Origin: Sinorhizobium meliloti
Lineage (GTDB): Bacteria; Pseudomonadota; Alphaproteobacteria; Rhizobiales; Rhizobiaceae
Length of the DNA stretch: 32,000 nt
NCBI RefSeq assembly: GCF_017876815.1
Contig: NZ_JAGIOS010000001.1
Span: 2,820,001 to 2,852,000 of the forward strand
Direction: 5' to 3'
Shown: one piece after another, positions 7,560 to 17,326 of the stretch
How positions within the stretch are numbered: position 1 is the stretch's first letter
Layout of the letters: each line of letters starts with the position of its first letter
Made by a program: the position numbers and the translations under genes
The notes under the pieces: generated by a model
What the model saw: only the letters and a program-made list of their open reading frames with translations
Told to the model about the DNA's origin: nothing
The model's database searches: none

Positions 7560-8666
7560 TCAGTGACCGTTGATCTTGTGCGGACTGCTGACCGAGAGGA
7601 TGAAGAAGGGCTCGTCGCCCTTGAGCGGCTTCAGCTTCTGCTGGCAGTTCCACGCCTCCTGGAAGCTGTCGCGCGTCAGCAGCTTGCGGTACCGCGCGGT
7701 CGCCGACATGCATTGCATCAGCGTGCTTTGCAGGCCCTCCAGTGCGGCATGAGCATAGATTTCGCCGTCCAGAGCGAAAAGCTGCGCCGCAAGCGAGGTG
7801 CTTTCGTAGAGGATGTCGCCCTCGCTATCGAGCCTGTCCGCGGTGATGAAGTCCTGGCGCAGGGGAATGCCTTCGCCGTCGTGGGAAAGCGTGACCCGGA
7901 TTCCCGGCGCAGGCGCGTCATGCCAGGCGAGCGCGATGGAGAATGCTAGCGCCTGATTGCCGGAAGCCGGCTCACGGCCGCCGTCGGACGCGCTTGCCTT
8001 CGCAAGCGTTCCATGTCGAAGCGCCGCCTCGCGCAACTGGGCGGCAAATCGCCCGGTGCTCTTGTGCTGCGGGCCGGTAACGCTGATGCTGACGGAGGGA
8101 AGCCCCCGGACCGCGGCCATCGGACCATTGACGAGCTTGGCCTCGGCGTCGATGTCGAGCGACATTTCCGATTCCGGCAGAGGAGCAAAAAGGAGAAGCG
8201 GCAGCACCGTGAGCACGGCCCAGGGAGAGGAGAAGGGGGCGGGCTGCCAGGGCGGCCTGCGCCCGGACTGCCGGCTGCGGGCGCCCGCGGTATCGTGACC
8301 TGAAGCCACAGGCACACTGGACGACTGCCGGCGATACTCCGGCACATAGGTCCCCTTTGGCATGACGATCTGCCATTCTTCGTCGGCGCCGTCCGTTTCG
8401 TAAAAGGCCTTGAGCAGCTTGCGCAGCTTGCCGGCATGGACGCGGACAAGCGGATCGCTGTCCGCATCGAAGGTCTGACTGCGTCCGAAAACATCGATGG
8501 CGATCGAGTAGCCCTTCAACTGGGCGCCTTCACCGAGCATCTCCTTTTCCACCACATAGGCGAGAAACGCGCGCAGCCGCTCGGAGCGCTGAAAGCCATT
8601 GCTGTCGAGAATCCGGGCGAGCGCTCGCCGGATCGTCTCGTTGCATGGCCTTTCGGCTGGCGTCAT
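7560..8666 (-). CDS. Membrane-anchored ToxR/CadC-like regulator (N-terminal winged-helix-like domain, one TM segment, periplasmic domain)
   Basis: The N-terminus FLAYVVEKEMLGEGAQLKGYSIAIDVFGR...DPLVRVHAGKLRKLLKAFY...IVMPKGTYVPEY resembles OmpR/ToxR-type DNA-binding domains. Hydrophobic stretch PWAVLTVLPLLLFAPL. The track start at 8678 is a TTG. ATG 8666 has GGAG 6 nt upstream. Confidence 0.6.
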   Translation of the reverse strand: MTPAERPCNETIRRALARILDSNGFQRSERLRAFLAYVVEKEMLGEGAQLKGYSIAIDVFGRSQTFDADSDPLVRVHAGKLRKLLKAFYETDGADEEWQIVMPKGTYVPEYRRQSSSVPVASGHDTAGARSRQSGRRPPWQPAPFSSPWAVLTVLPLLLFAPLPESEMSLDIDAEAKLVNGPMAAVRGLPSVSISVTGPQHKSTGRFAAQLREAALRHGTLAKASASDGGREPASGNQALAFSIALAWHDAPAPGIRVTLSHDGEGIPLRQDFITADRLDSEGDILYESTSLAAQLFALDGEIYAHAALEGLQSTLMQCMSATARYRKLLTRDSFQEAWNCQQKLKPLKGDEPFFILSVSSPHKINGH

Positions 8667-8896
8667 CGATGGCTCCAAGAGAAGATGCGGCTCAATGCCG
8701 GAAAAATGTTTTAGAACATAAGCAACCTTAACCTGATTCGAAACTTAGGCCCAAAGATGGTGGTTGTCAGGCCGCGCGTCGGAAAGTGCGCGTTTTTCCA
8801 GCTGAGCAGCAGAAATGCATCGATTCGCGGGCGCGCGCGACCGTCACCTGCGCGGTCCTCTATGGACGGGCAGCGACGGTCCCTAAGACGGCCGGA

Positions 8897-9607
8897 TCAT
8901 CCGCCGCTGCTATATTCGAGTTTCGGGTACCAGTCGGCACCCCGGCCTTCGGGCGTGGTGTCGAGCAGGGTCCATAACGGGTCGGGATCGGGTGCGCCGC
9001 GCGGGTCCTGGCCCGGATCGGCCATCTCGCCGCTGATCTCCGCACTCCAGAAATGCCGGATCGTTCCGTCTCTCCGCGTGAAGACCGTGTAGCCCGGAAC
9101 GTCCTCATCCTCGGCACTGACATAGTCTCGGGTGAAGGCGCCGTCGCTATCGGAATAGACCTTCAATTGCGTCCAGCCGCGGGCCTTCTTTGCAGCGAGC
9201 AGTCTCTCCACCGGCGAACGGGCGACCATGGCGAGTGCCACGCGCTGTTCGATATCGGGCACCTTGCCTTCCCAGCCGGCCATCAGGGAGGTGCACATGG
9301 GGCAGGGCCTTTCGCGCTGCGGTCCGAACATATAGCTGTAGATGATGAGGGTATTCTTGTCGCCGAAGAGATCGGCAAGTGTAACGGGTCCGTTCTCACT
9401 CTCGAAACGATAGGTCTTGGTCACTTCGCCGCCCGGCGGCAGTCGCCTGCGCAGCTCCGAAACCCGCTCGATGTGGCGCCTCAATTCGATCTCCTCGGCG
9501 AGAAGCGCATTACGCGCCCGGCGGTAGTCGGCACTTTCGTTGGGAAAGCGGGCGCGGTTTCGCGCTGCCAGCTCCTTAGCGGCGATCGGCGTCGTCTGCA
9601 TGGTCAT
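8897..9607 (-). CDS. DUF899-family thioredoxin-like protein
   Basis: Typical DUF899 sequence: YRRARNALLAEEIELRRHIERV...CPMCTSLMAGW...YTVFTRRDGTIRHFWSAE. GGAGGAG RBS lies 6 nt before ATG 9607. Confidence 0.85.
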   Translation of the reverse strand: MTMQTTPIAAKELAARNRARFPNESADYRRARNALLAEEIELRRHIERVSELRRRLPPGGEVTKTYRFESENGPVTLADLFGDKNTLIIYSYMFGPQRERPCPMCTSLMAGWEGKVPDIEQRVALAMVARSPVERLLAAKKARGWTQLKVYSDSDGAFTRDYVSAEDEDVPGYTVFTRRDGTIRHFWSAEISGEMADPGQDPRGAPDPDPLWTLLDTTPEGRGADWYPKLEYSSGG

Positions 9608-9801
9608 GTCTCACTCCTCCGGTTCGATATGGTGCACTCGGCGATTAAGTTGATATCAACGTATCTGACCGCTGTCAAAGAGGCGCGCTGCGCAGAACCG
9701 CGAATGAGCGATTCCTGTTTCCTGAAAACTGCGGTAGAACAGCGGCGTAGCCATCATTCGGCCCCTCGTGCAATTGGGGCGTCTCGTCTGAAAGTTCCGA
9801 T

Positions 9802-10554
9802 ATGCCTGCAAAGCTCTCCGTAAATCTCAATGCCATCGCCATGCTGCGCAACCGGCGTGATCTCCCCTGGCCATCCGTGACCGGCCTCGGGCGCACCGCC
9901 TTGCAGGCGGGAGCGAGCGGACTGACCGTTCACCCGCGCCCGGACCAGCGGCATATCCGCTTTTCCGATCTCCAGCCGATCCGCGACCTGATCGACGACG
10001 AGTTTCCGGCTGCGGAATTCAACATGGAGGGCTTTCCGAACGAGGCGTTTCTCGAACTGGTCGAGCGGCACGAACCGGAACAGGTGACACTGGTGCCGGA
10101 CGATCCGGCGCAGGCGACCTCCGACCATGGCTGGGATTTTCGCAAGAGCCATAACCTGCTCGGCAACGTCGTCGGGCGGCTGAAGAAGAGAGGTTTCCGC
10201 GTCTCGCTGTTTGCCGACGGCATTCCCGACCCGGAGGCGCTGAAGCTTGCGAAGGAGACCGGGGCCGACCGCATAGAACTCTATACCGGACCCTATGGCG
10301 GCTGTTACGACGATCCGGAGAAAGCGGAGCGGATCGCGATCGAACTGGGCCGCACTGCGGAGATCGCGATCGGCCTTGGCCTGGCCGTCAATGCCGGCCA
10401 CGACCTGACCGTCGCCAACCTGCCGTTGCTCGTCGAACACATTCCCGAACTCGCCGAAGTCTCGATCGGACACGGGCTGACGGCCGATGCGCTCGAATAC
10501 GGAATGGCCGAGACCGTACGACGCTTCCGCCGTGCCTGCGGCGAGACGGCTTAA
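9802..10554 (+). CDS. pdxJ: Pyridoxine 5'-phosphate synthase
   Basis: [16 protein letters not shown]...[17 protein letters not shown]...LVPD...NAGHDL...VSIGHGL is a full-length PdxJ pattern of about 250 aa. Confidence 0.95.
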   Translation: MPAKLSVNLNAIAMLRNRRDLPWPSVTGLGRTALQAGASGLTVHPRPDQRHIRFSDLQPIRDLIDDEFPAAEFNMEGFPNEAFLELVERHEPEQVTLVPDDPAQATSDHGWDFRKSHNLLGNVVGRLKKRGFRVSLFADGIPDPEALKLAKETGADRIELYTGPYGGCYDDPEKAERIAIELGRTAEIAIGLGLAVNAGHDLTVANLPLLVEHIPELAEVSIGHGLTADALEYGMAETVRRFRRACGETA

Positions 10555-10740
10555 CGCGACGGATTCATAGCTCGGCGCGCCTCCTGCGTTGCGCGCCGCT
10601 TTGACGAGGGACTTCCGCGAGCGCCCATTTTGAAATGAAGCTGCGCACCGAGTGCCGGCAGTTCTCTCTATCAGGACGATCTTGCGCGCTATCCCGCGTC
10701 CATGCAATATCCATACATTGCAAGAACTCGAAAGGCTCCG

Positions 10741-12159
10741 ATGGCCGTGGATCGCGTGGACGTTTCCTGGGTGCCGGCCCTCGGCAGGGCGGGAGGCCCG
10801 CTGTATCTCGCAATTGCCGACGAGATCGCCGCGGACATCGCGGCGGGCCGGCTGGAGGATGGAGTGCGCCTGCCGCCGCAGCGCGCTCTGGCGGCCGCGC
10901 TCGGCATCGACTTTACAACCGTCAGCCGAGCCTACAACGAAGCGCGCCGGCGCGGCCTGGTCGAAGGTCGCGTGGGGCAGGGTACCTATGTCACGGCTCG
11001 GCGGAGGAGCGCGGTACGTCCCTCCTCGGGCGGTCTGGCGGGCGGCCTGTTGGGCAGTCTCGTCGACATGAGCATGAACCTGCCGCCGCTCTTCGACGAC
11101 CCGGCCCTGTCGGAGAAGATGTGGGCGGATGTTGCGGCTCTCGATCAGCGTGGTCCCGAACTGCTGATGCGCTATCAGCCTGTCGGCGGCGCGGAGCGGG
11201 ACAGGGCTGCGGGTGCGGCCTGGCTCAAGCCGCGGCTCGGCGATCTTCAAGCCGATCGGTTGGTCGTCTGTACAGGAGCGCAAGGGGCTCTGCTTGCGAG
11301 CGTCGGGATGCTGGCGACGAAGGGCGACAGGATCTGCGCCGAGGCGCTTACCTATCCCGGCCTCCGCTCACTGGCGGCGCATATGGGTATCGAACTCGTG
11401 AGCGTCGGGATCGACCGCAACGGGATATTGCCTGACGCCTTCGAGGAGGCGTGCGCCCGGTACAAGCCGAAGGCTCTTTACTGCAATCCGACCCTTCACA
11501 ATCCGACGACCGCGACGCTTCCGCTCGAACGCCGCGAGGCGATCGTGGCGATCGCACGCCGCCATGGCGTGGTCGTAATCGAGGACGACGCCTACGGCGC
11601 ATTGCCCGCGAACCCCGTTCCCCCACTGGCCGCGCTCGCGCCGGACCTCGTCTTTCACATAGCAGGCCTTGCCAAGTGCCTCTCGCCGGCGCTCCGCATC
11701 GCCTACCTGGTCGCGCCTGACCGATCGGCGGCCGTCCGCCTCGAAGGGGCGATTCGAGCGACAGTCGGCATGACGTCTCCGCTTTCGGCGGCCATCGCCA
11801 CGCGCTGGCTGGAGGAGGGAACGGCGCAGGCGGTTCTGGCAGCGATCCGCACGGAAGCCGGCGCGCGCCAGCGGATCGCGATCAAGGGCCTCGATGGTGC
11901 CGATCTTCTCGCCGATCGCGAGGGTTTTCATCTTTGGCTGAAGCTGCCTTCCCGGTGGAGCCGCGGCGAGTTCACGGCGCAACTGCGAATGGCCGGGATC
12001 GGCGTCGTCGCCAGCGATGCCTTCGCGATCTCCGACCCACCGGAAGCCGTCCGGCTCGGTCTCGGCGCTGCGCGGACACGCGATGAACTGCGGCATAGCC
12101 TGGACGTCATCGCCGGTCTGCTCGCTCAGTTTCCAGCGGCCCATAACCTCATCGTTTAA
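10741..12159 (+). CDS. MocR/GntR-family regulator with a fused PLP-dependent aminotransferase-like domain (PdxR-like architecture)
   Basis: N-terminal GntR wHTH (PLYLAIADEIAADIAAGRL..G..LPPQRALAAALGIDFTTVSRAYNEARRRGLVEGRVGQGTYV) plus an aminotransferase class I/II-like body (AGLAKCLSPALRIAYLVAP). The start could be ATG 10702. I prefer ATG 10741, which has GAAAGG upstream and the typical N-terminal length. Confidence 0.88.
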   Translation: MAVDRVDVSWVPALGRAGGPLYLAIADEIAADIAAGRLEDGVRLPPQRALAAALGIDFTTVSRAYNEARRRGLVEGRVGQGTYVTARRRSAVRPSSGGLAGGLLGSLVDMSMNLPPLFDDPALSEKMWADVAALDQRGPELLMRYQPVGGAERDRAAGAAWLKPRLGDLQADRLVVCTGAQGALLASVGMLATKGDRICAEALTYPGLRSLAAHMGIELVSVGIDRNGILPDAFEEACARYKPKALYCNPTLHNPTTATLPLERREAIVAIARRHGVVVIEDDAYGALPANPVPPLAALAPDLVFHIAGLAKCLSPALRIAYLVAPDRSAAVRLEGAIRATVGMTSPLSAAIATRWLEEGTAQAVLAAIRTEAGARQRIAIKGLDGADLLADREGFHLWLKLPSRWSRGEFTAQLRMAGIGVVASDAFAISDPPEAVRLGLGAARTRDELRHSLDVIAGLLAQFPAAHNLIV

Positions 12160-12345
12160 AGGTGATACTCCTGTGCGAAGATGCTGCGTGGAATTGCCGC
12201 GCCCCTGAATGCATACAATTTATTGTTCTTGTATGGTTTGTATGTCATATTTTTTGGGTCGCCCAAGCGGGTGGTGCCCGGCCGACGGGAACGTCTCGCA
12301 AGGTTGCGGGTTTGCGGGGCACGCAGAAGACTGAAAGGAAGAACG

Positions 12346-12768
12346 ATGCCGGATCAAGAGTGGCCGCCTCTATCGCCGCTGCATACGGGATTGCGCGGTC
12401 GCTGCCCCCGTTGCGGCCAGGGGCATATGTTCGATGGCTTCCTGAAGCTCAGGCGAGGATGCGAAGTCTGCGGGCTGGACTATTCCTTCGCCGATCCCGC
12501 GGACGGGCCTGCTTTCTTCGTCATCTGCTTTGCCTGCGTGCCGAGCGTTTTTCTCGGCGTGTGGCTGGAGGTGCAATACAACGCACCCCTTTGGGTCCAT
12601 CTCCTGGTCACCGGGCCGTTCATGCTCCTGACCTGCATTCCGCCGTTGAGGCCGTTAAAGGGGTGGTTGGTGGCGAGCCAGTATTTCTACAAGGCCGAGG
12701 AGGGCAGGGTGGCTCGCCGGGCCGCAGCCGCGGCGCCGGAGAGTTCGAGCGAGACCGCCCTGCGCTGA
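12346..12768 (+). CDS. DUF983-family small membrane protein with a zinc-ribbon-like CxxC pair
   Basis: GRCPRCGQGHMFDGFLKLRRGCEVCGLDY followed by two hydrophobic segments. RBS GAAAGGAAG before ATG 12346. The track start at 12181 is too far upstream. Confidence 0.75.
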   Translation: MPDQEWPPLSPLHTGLRGRCPRCGQGHMFDGFLKLRRGCEVCGLDYSFADPADGPAFFVICFACVPSVFLGVWLEVQYNAPLWVHLLVTGPFMLLTCIPPLRPLKGWLVASQYFYKAEEGRVARRAAAAAPESSSETALR

Positions 12769-12801
12769 ACGCCGACCTCGGTCACTACCCTCGAATCAGC
12801 C

Positions 12802-12831
12802 CAGAAAAGGCCCGGTCGTTTTGCCGGGCCT
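12802..12831 (-). terminator. Rho-independent terminator candidate for the NmrA-like gene
   Basis: 8-bp stem AGGCCCGG/CCGGGCCT (12808-12815 and 12824-12831) with an 8-nt loop. On the minus strand it is followed by TTTTCT (12807-12802). Confidence 0.5.
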
Positions 12832-12845
12832 CCTGCGACCTATGA

Positions 12846-13733
12846 TCAGTGGGCGAGCGCCGCCCTATTCGCCTCCAGGAAGGAGGCAAGGTCGATGGGG
12901 TGCCTGCCGGTAAGGCCGGCGGTGTCGTCGGTTACGATGTCGAAATGTCCTTTGCGGGTATTGGCGTCGAAGGAGACGAGGATCGGAACGAAGAAGTCCG
13001 GCAGACCCGCATTCTTGAGACCGCCGGCCAGTGCTTCGTCAGAGACATGGACGACCTCGAGCTTCTTGCCCGTGGCTTTGGCAACAAGGGCGGCGATCTC
13101 GCCGGTTGTGAGAGCCTGCGTTCCGGTCAGGGTGTAAGTGCGGCTTTCCGCCGAGTCCGACTGGAGAGCGGAAGCGGCGGCCGCGGCAAGGTCACGGCGC
13201 CCGATGTGGGAAATACGGCCATCGCCGGCGGAGGAGAACCATTGTCCTGCCGCGAGTGCGTGCGGGAGCGACAGGAGGAGGTTTTCCATGTACCAGGCGT
13301 TACGCAGAATCGTGTAGGGAATCCCCGTCGCCTTGATGGCTTCTTCGGTGCCGAGATGGTCGGACGCGAAAGGGATCACCGACGCTTCCGGCTGCGGCAT
13401 CGACGTATAGAGGATGTGCTTCACCGCCGCCTTCCTGGCCGCCTCGACGGCGGCAAGGTGCTGCTTCAGACGCTTGCCCGGTTCGTTGAGAACATCCGTC
13501 GAAATGATGAGTATTCGGTCGGCGCCGGCGAAGGCCCGCTCGAGCGAAGCCGGATCGTCGAAATCGGCGGCACGGGTCTCCACGCCCTTCGCTGCGTAGT
13601 CCGCCAGTTTGGCAATGTCCCGGCTGGTGGCGATAATATCGGCCGGCTTCGTCTTGCCGGATGCCAGGAGGGCATCGAGCACGAGTTTGCCGAACTGGCC
13701 GGCGGCGCCGGTTACGAGCAGTCTTCCAGACAT
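12846..13733 (-). CDS. NmrA-like SDR-family NAD(P)H-dependent oxidoreductase (quinone reductase-like)
   Basis: N-terminal Rossmann motif LLVTGAAGQFG. NmrA-like length and pattern (YTILRNAWYMENL). Divergent from an HxlR regulator, a common pairing. Confidence 0.85.
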   Translation of the reverse strand: MSGRLLVTGAAGQFGKLVLDALLASGKTKPADIIATSRDIAKLADYAAKGVETRAADFDDPASLERAFAGADRILIISTDVLNEPGKRLKQHLAAVEAARKAAVKHILYTSMPQPEASVIPFASDHLGTEEAIKATGIPYTILRNAWYMENLLLSLPHALAAGQWFSSAGDGRISHIGRRDLAAAAASALQSDSAESRTYTLTGTQALTTGEIAALVAKATGKKLEVVHVSDEALAGGLKNAGLPDFFVPILVSFDANTRKGHFDIVTDDTAGLTGRHPIDLASFLEANRAALAH

Positions 13734-13897
13734 GATTTTCCTTTCTTTTCCACTTTAGCGCGTTGTTCAGCATGTCCTGTCGACATGAGCTCATGCCGAA
13801 AGCTGGTCTCTTTTTGAGAGTTGCTCTTATCCCGTGATCTGCTAAGAGCTGTAAAGGAGGCAGTTTTTTCTGCCGTGGTTACGGAAAGGGTACCGCC

Positions 13898-14302
13898 ATG
13901 ACCAGGGCGTCGGGCACGTTGAAGGGCGAGCGGGTGGCAGTCGTCTGCGGCATGCCTGTGGACATCGACAATTGTCCGGTGCGGGACGTGATGGACAATA
14001 TCGGCGGTAAGTGGAACTCGCTGATGATTCTGTCGCTCGCCGACGGTCCCTTGCGGTTCTCGCAGCTCAGGCGGCTCATCCCGGACATTTCACAGCGGAT
14101 GCTGACCCAGACGCTGCGTGACCTGCAGCGTGATGGCTATCTGCGCCGTACCGTTTACCCGACGCAGCCCCCGAGCGTGGAATACAGCCTCACGGATCTC
14201 GGCCGCTCATTCCTTGCCGTCCTAAGGGTCTTCGTCGACTGGTCGCTAGAGAACCACCAGGCTATCCGACAGGCACGGGCGGAGTACGACGACGCGCAAT
14301 AG
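13898..14302 (+). CDS. HxlR-family transcriptional regulator
   Basis: [77 protein letters not shown] is the canonical HxlR wHTH. Confidence 0.9.
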   Translation: MTRASGTLKGERVAVVCGMPVDIDNCPVRDVMDNIGGKWNSLMILSLADGPLRFSQLRRLIPDISQRMLTQTLRDLQRDGYLRRTVYPTQPPSVEYSLTDLGRSFLAVLRVFVDWSLENHQAIRQARAEYDDAQ

Positions 14303-14340
14303 GCGGATTGTCGCCACAGGCCTGTGGTATCGCCACGCTC

Positions 14341-14472
14341 ATGGCAATCGGCATTGCAATCGGCGTAGGTGTTGGGGCAGCCGTGGGGTCCGCGCTCGAC
14401 AATGTCGCGCTGGGCATCACGATCGGCATCGCTCTCGGTGCTGCGCTGGGCCTCCTATATCAGCGCCGTTAG
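14341..14472 (+). CDS. Possible 43-aa glycine-zipper membrane peptide (below the ORF-track length cutoff)
   Basis: My translation of ATG 14341 to TAG 14470-14472 is MAIGIAIGVGVGAAVGSALDNVALGITIGIALGAALGLLYQRR. It fills the gap between two annotated genes. No clear RBS. An in-frame TTG at 14308 is possible. Confidence 0.35.
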   Translation: MAIGIAIGVGVGAAVGSALDNVALGITIGIALGAALGLLYQRR

Positions 14473-14481
14473 GCAGGCAGC

Positions 14482-15186
14482 TTACTGCCGGTCGCGAAGC
14501 GAGAATTCGACCGCCGCCTCGGCGTGGATGGCGGTGGAATCGAAGCCCGGGAGCGGCAAATCGGCCGGATCGAGAAGGAGGCAGATTTCGGTGCAGCCGA
14601 GAATGACGGCGTCCGCACCTTCCGCTTTTGCTTTCTCGATGAGCCCGATCACTGCCGAGCGCGAGGCGTTCAGCACTTGGCCGGCGCAGAGCTCGTCGAA
14701 GATCACGTTGTGGGTCAGTGTCCGCCCATCGGCATCCGGTACCATCAGGTCGATATCATGTGTCTTCATGCGCTCGGCATAGAAGCCTTGTTCCATCGTG
14801 TAGCGTGTGGCGAGCAACAGGGGCTTGCGGCTGCCGGCGGCTTTCAGGCGCAGTGCCGTTTCGTCGATGATGTTGATCAACGGGACGTCGACCGAGGCAT
14901 GCACCGCGTCGGCAATGAGGTGCATTGTGTTGCTGCAGATCAGGATGCAGTCCGCGCCGCCGGCGACGAGCCCGCGGGCAACATCGGAGAGAAGCAGGGC
15001 GGCGTCGTCCCAATGGCCGGCTCTCTGCAGGTCCACGATCCGCTGGAAGTCGACGGAATGCAGAAGCACTTCCGCCGAATGTAATTTGCCACGTCGCCTG
15101 CGCACGGCCTCGTTGACCAGGCGATAGTAGACTGCCGAGCTTTCGAAGCTCATGCCGCCGATGAGGCCGATTTTCCGCATTTCCAT
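14482..15186 (-). CDS. Aspartate/glutamate racemase-family protein (aspartate racemase-like)
   Basis: KIGLIGGMSFESSAVYYRLVN, ILICSNTMH and VILGCTEICLL contain the two catalytic-Cys blocks typical of Asp/Glu racemases. The start could be ATG 15186 or ATG 15180. Confidence 0.85.
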   Translation of the reverse strand: MEMRKIGLIGGMSFESSAVYYRLVNEAVRRRRGKLHSAEVLLHSVDFQRIVDLQRAGHWDDAALLLSDVARGLVAGGADCILICSNTMHLIADAVHASVDVPLINIIDETALRLKAAGSRKPLLLATRYTMEQGFYAERMKTHDIDLMVPDADGRTLTHNVIFDELCAGQVLNASRSAVIGLIEKAKAEGADAVILGCTEICLLLDPADLPLPGFDSTAIHAEAAVEFSLRDRQ

Positions 15187-15389
15187 CGTCGCGTTCCCTG
15201 CTGCTGTCCTGTGGCCGGTCGGGAACGCTTCGCCACGTTCCCCGTTCCATTGCTAGATTATCGTGCGGGCCCGGTCGCATGTGTTTGCTTTGATCGGCGC
15301 TTGGCCAAATTTTAGCAAGCCGTTTGCGCCAAATCCGAATGTTCCGAAAAATTTCGGCGCACTCTATGGCAAGAGCAAGGAGTCGGAGC

Positions 15390-15854
15390 GTGCTTGACGA
15401 GAGAGACCGGAAGCTGCTCATGCTTCTGCAGCAGGATGCGAGCGTCGCCATGGGCGACCTTGCCGAGAGGGTGAGTCTTTCGCTTTCCGCCTGCTCGCGG
15501 CGCATTCAGCGGCTGGAGGAGGCGGGCTATGTTACCCGGCGCATCGTCGTACTCGACCGGGAAAGGATGGGCGTGCCGACCACGGTTTTTGCGCTGATCA
15601 AGACGGCGCATCACTCCGACGACTGGATCGAAAAGTTCCGCAGGGCCATCAGCGACATTCCGGAGATCGTAGAGGCGCACCGGCTGACCGGCAATTACGA
15701 TTACATCGTCAAGGTGGTTCTGCCGAGGGTCGAACATTACGACGTCGTCTACAAGCAGATCGTGCGGAAGGTGGAGCTTTTCGACGTTTCCGCGTCGATT
15801 TCGATGGAAGTCCTGAAAAGTGGTACCGCAGTGCCCGTCGGCTATGCGGAGTAG
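15390..15854 (+). CDS. Lrp/AsnC-family transcriptional regulator
   Basis: LDERDRKLLMLLQQDASVAMGDLAERVSLSLSACSRRIQRLEEAGYV plus a RAM-like C-terminus. AAGGAG at 15377-15382 lies 7 nt before the in-frame GTG 15390. The track start at 15324 is a TTG with no RBS. Confidence 0.9.
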   Translation: MLDERDRKLLMLLQQDASVAMGDLAERVSLSLSACSRRIQRLEEAGYVTRRIVVLDRERMGVPTTVFALIKTAHHSDDWIEKFRRAISDIPEIVEAHRLTGNYDYIVKVVLPRVEHYDVVYKQIVRKVELFDVSASISMEVLKSGTAVPVGYAE

Positions 15855-15985
15855 GGCCGCCGAAACATCACGCGAAGACCATCCGCGGATGCAATGCAGC
15901 CATGCCGGGCGAAGGCTTGCGCTCCGGCTTGTGGAGTTGAACAGTCTTGCCAGCCAGAGCGGGATGAGGAACAGGACGAAAGACC

Positions 15986-17254
15986 ATGCAGGAAAGACAT
16001 CATGTCGTCGTGGTCGGCGGAGGTTTCGGCGGGCTGCAACTCGTCAACGACCTCAAGGGTGCGCCGGTCAAGGTCACGCTGATCGACCGGCGCAATCATC
16101 ACCTCTTCCAGCCGCTGCTTTACCAGGTGGCGACCACGGTGCTTGCGACTTCGGAGATCGCATGGCCGATCCGCCGGCTCTACCGCGACCGACAGGAGGT
16201 GACGACGCTGCTCGGCGAGGTGGCGGGCGTCGATATGATTGCGAAGGAAGTGACGCTCGCGCATGGGCAATCGATCCCCTACGACACGTTGGTGTTGGCG
16301 ACCGGCGCAACGCACGCCTATTTCGGCCACGATGAATGGGCGGCGGTCGCGCCCGGGCTCAAGACACTGGAGGATGCGACGACCATTCGCCGCCGCGTGC
16401 TCATCGCCTTCGAGCAGGCGGAGGTGGAGGAGGACACCGCCAGGCGCGATGCGCTGCTGACCTTCACGATCATCGGCGCAGGACCGACGGGGGTCGAGCT
16501 TGCGGGCATCATCGCCGAAATGGCCCATAGAACGCTGCCCGGCGAGTTCCGCCGGATCGATACGCGTTTGGCCCGCGTGGTGCTCGTCGAAGCCGGCCCG
16601 CGCATCCTTCCCGCCTTCAGCGAGGAGCTTTCCGCCTATGCTTCCCGCGAACTGGAGAAGCTTGGCGTCGAGGTCCTGACGGGCACGCCGGTGACCGACT
16701 GCACCGACGAGGGGGTCACGATAGGCGAGAGCTTCGTCCCGAGCCGGACGCTCGTCTGGGCGGCGGGGGTCCAGGCCTCGCCTGCAGCCAGATGGGTCGG
16801 CGCCGACGCGGACCGCGCCGGCCGCGTTAAGGTCGGGCCCGATCTGACCGCGCCGCACCACCCGGACATCTTCGTCATCGGCGATACGGCATCGGTCATC
16901 CAGGAAGACGGCAAGCCGGTGCCCGGCATCGCGCCCGCGGCCAAGCAGCAGGGAGCCTACGTCGCCCAGGTGATCCGTGGCCGGCTCACGGGCTCGCCGG
17001 CGCCGGGGCCGTTCCGCTACCGGCACCAGGGAAGCCTGGCCACCATCGGCAAGCGCGCGGCGATCATCGATTTCGGCCGGATCAAGCTCAGGGGATCGCT
17101 CGCCTGGTGGATCTGGGGCATTGCCCACATCTACTTCCTGATCGGTACCCGCAGCCGCTTTGCCGTGGCCTGGAGCTGGCTATGGACCTATCTGAGCGGC
17201 CAGCACAGCGCCCGACTGATCACGCAGAAGGATACGCTTCGGGAGGAGAGGTGA
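15986..17254 (+). CDS. ndh: Type II NADH:quinone oxidoreductase (NDH-2)
   Basis: HHVVVVGGGFGG and IIGAGPTGVELAG dinucleotide-binding motifs, AAGVQASP, GDTA, and a C-terminal amphipathic/membrane tail. About 422 aa. Confidence 0.9.
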   Translation: MQERHHVVVVGGGFGGLQLVNDLKGAPVKVTLIDRRNHHLFQPLLYQVATTVLATSEIAWPIRRLYRDRQEVTTLLGEVAGVDMIAKEVTLAHGQSIPYDTLVLATGATHAYFGHDEWAAVAPGLKTLEDATTIRRRVLIAFEQAEVEEDTARRDALLTFTIIGAGPTGVELAGIIAEMAHRTLPGEFRRIDTRLARVVLVEAGPRILPAFSEELSAYASRELEKLGVEVLTGTPVTDCTDEGVTIGESFVPSRTLVWAAGVQASPAARWVGADADRAGRVKVGPDLTAPHHPDIFVIGDTASVIQEDGKPVPGIAPAAKQQGAYVAQVIRGRLTGSPAPGPFRYRHQGSLATIGKRAAIIDFGRIKLRGSLAWWIWGIAHIYFLIGTRSRFAVAWSWLWTYLSGQHSARLITQKDTLREER

Positions 17255-17326
17255 CCGCGGGAGCGGATCTTCCACCTATTGCCAAGGCCGGACGAAAATC
17301 GGACAGTCCCGTGAAACGACAGTTTC

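Noticed and set aside
9754-11283. 509-aa minus-strand ORF
   Set aside because: It is antisense to pdxJ and the MocR regulator, both unambiguous. It has no recognisable motifs and is a shadow ORF.
15842-17128. 428-aa minus-strand ORF
   Set aside because: It is antisense to the NDH-2 gene, which has canonical dinucleotide-binding motifs. It is an Arg/Asp-rich shadow frame.
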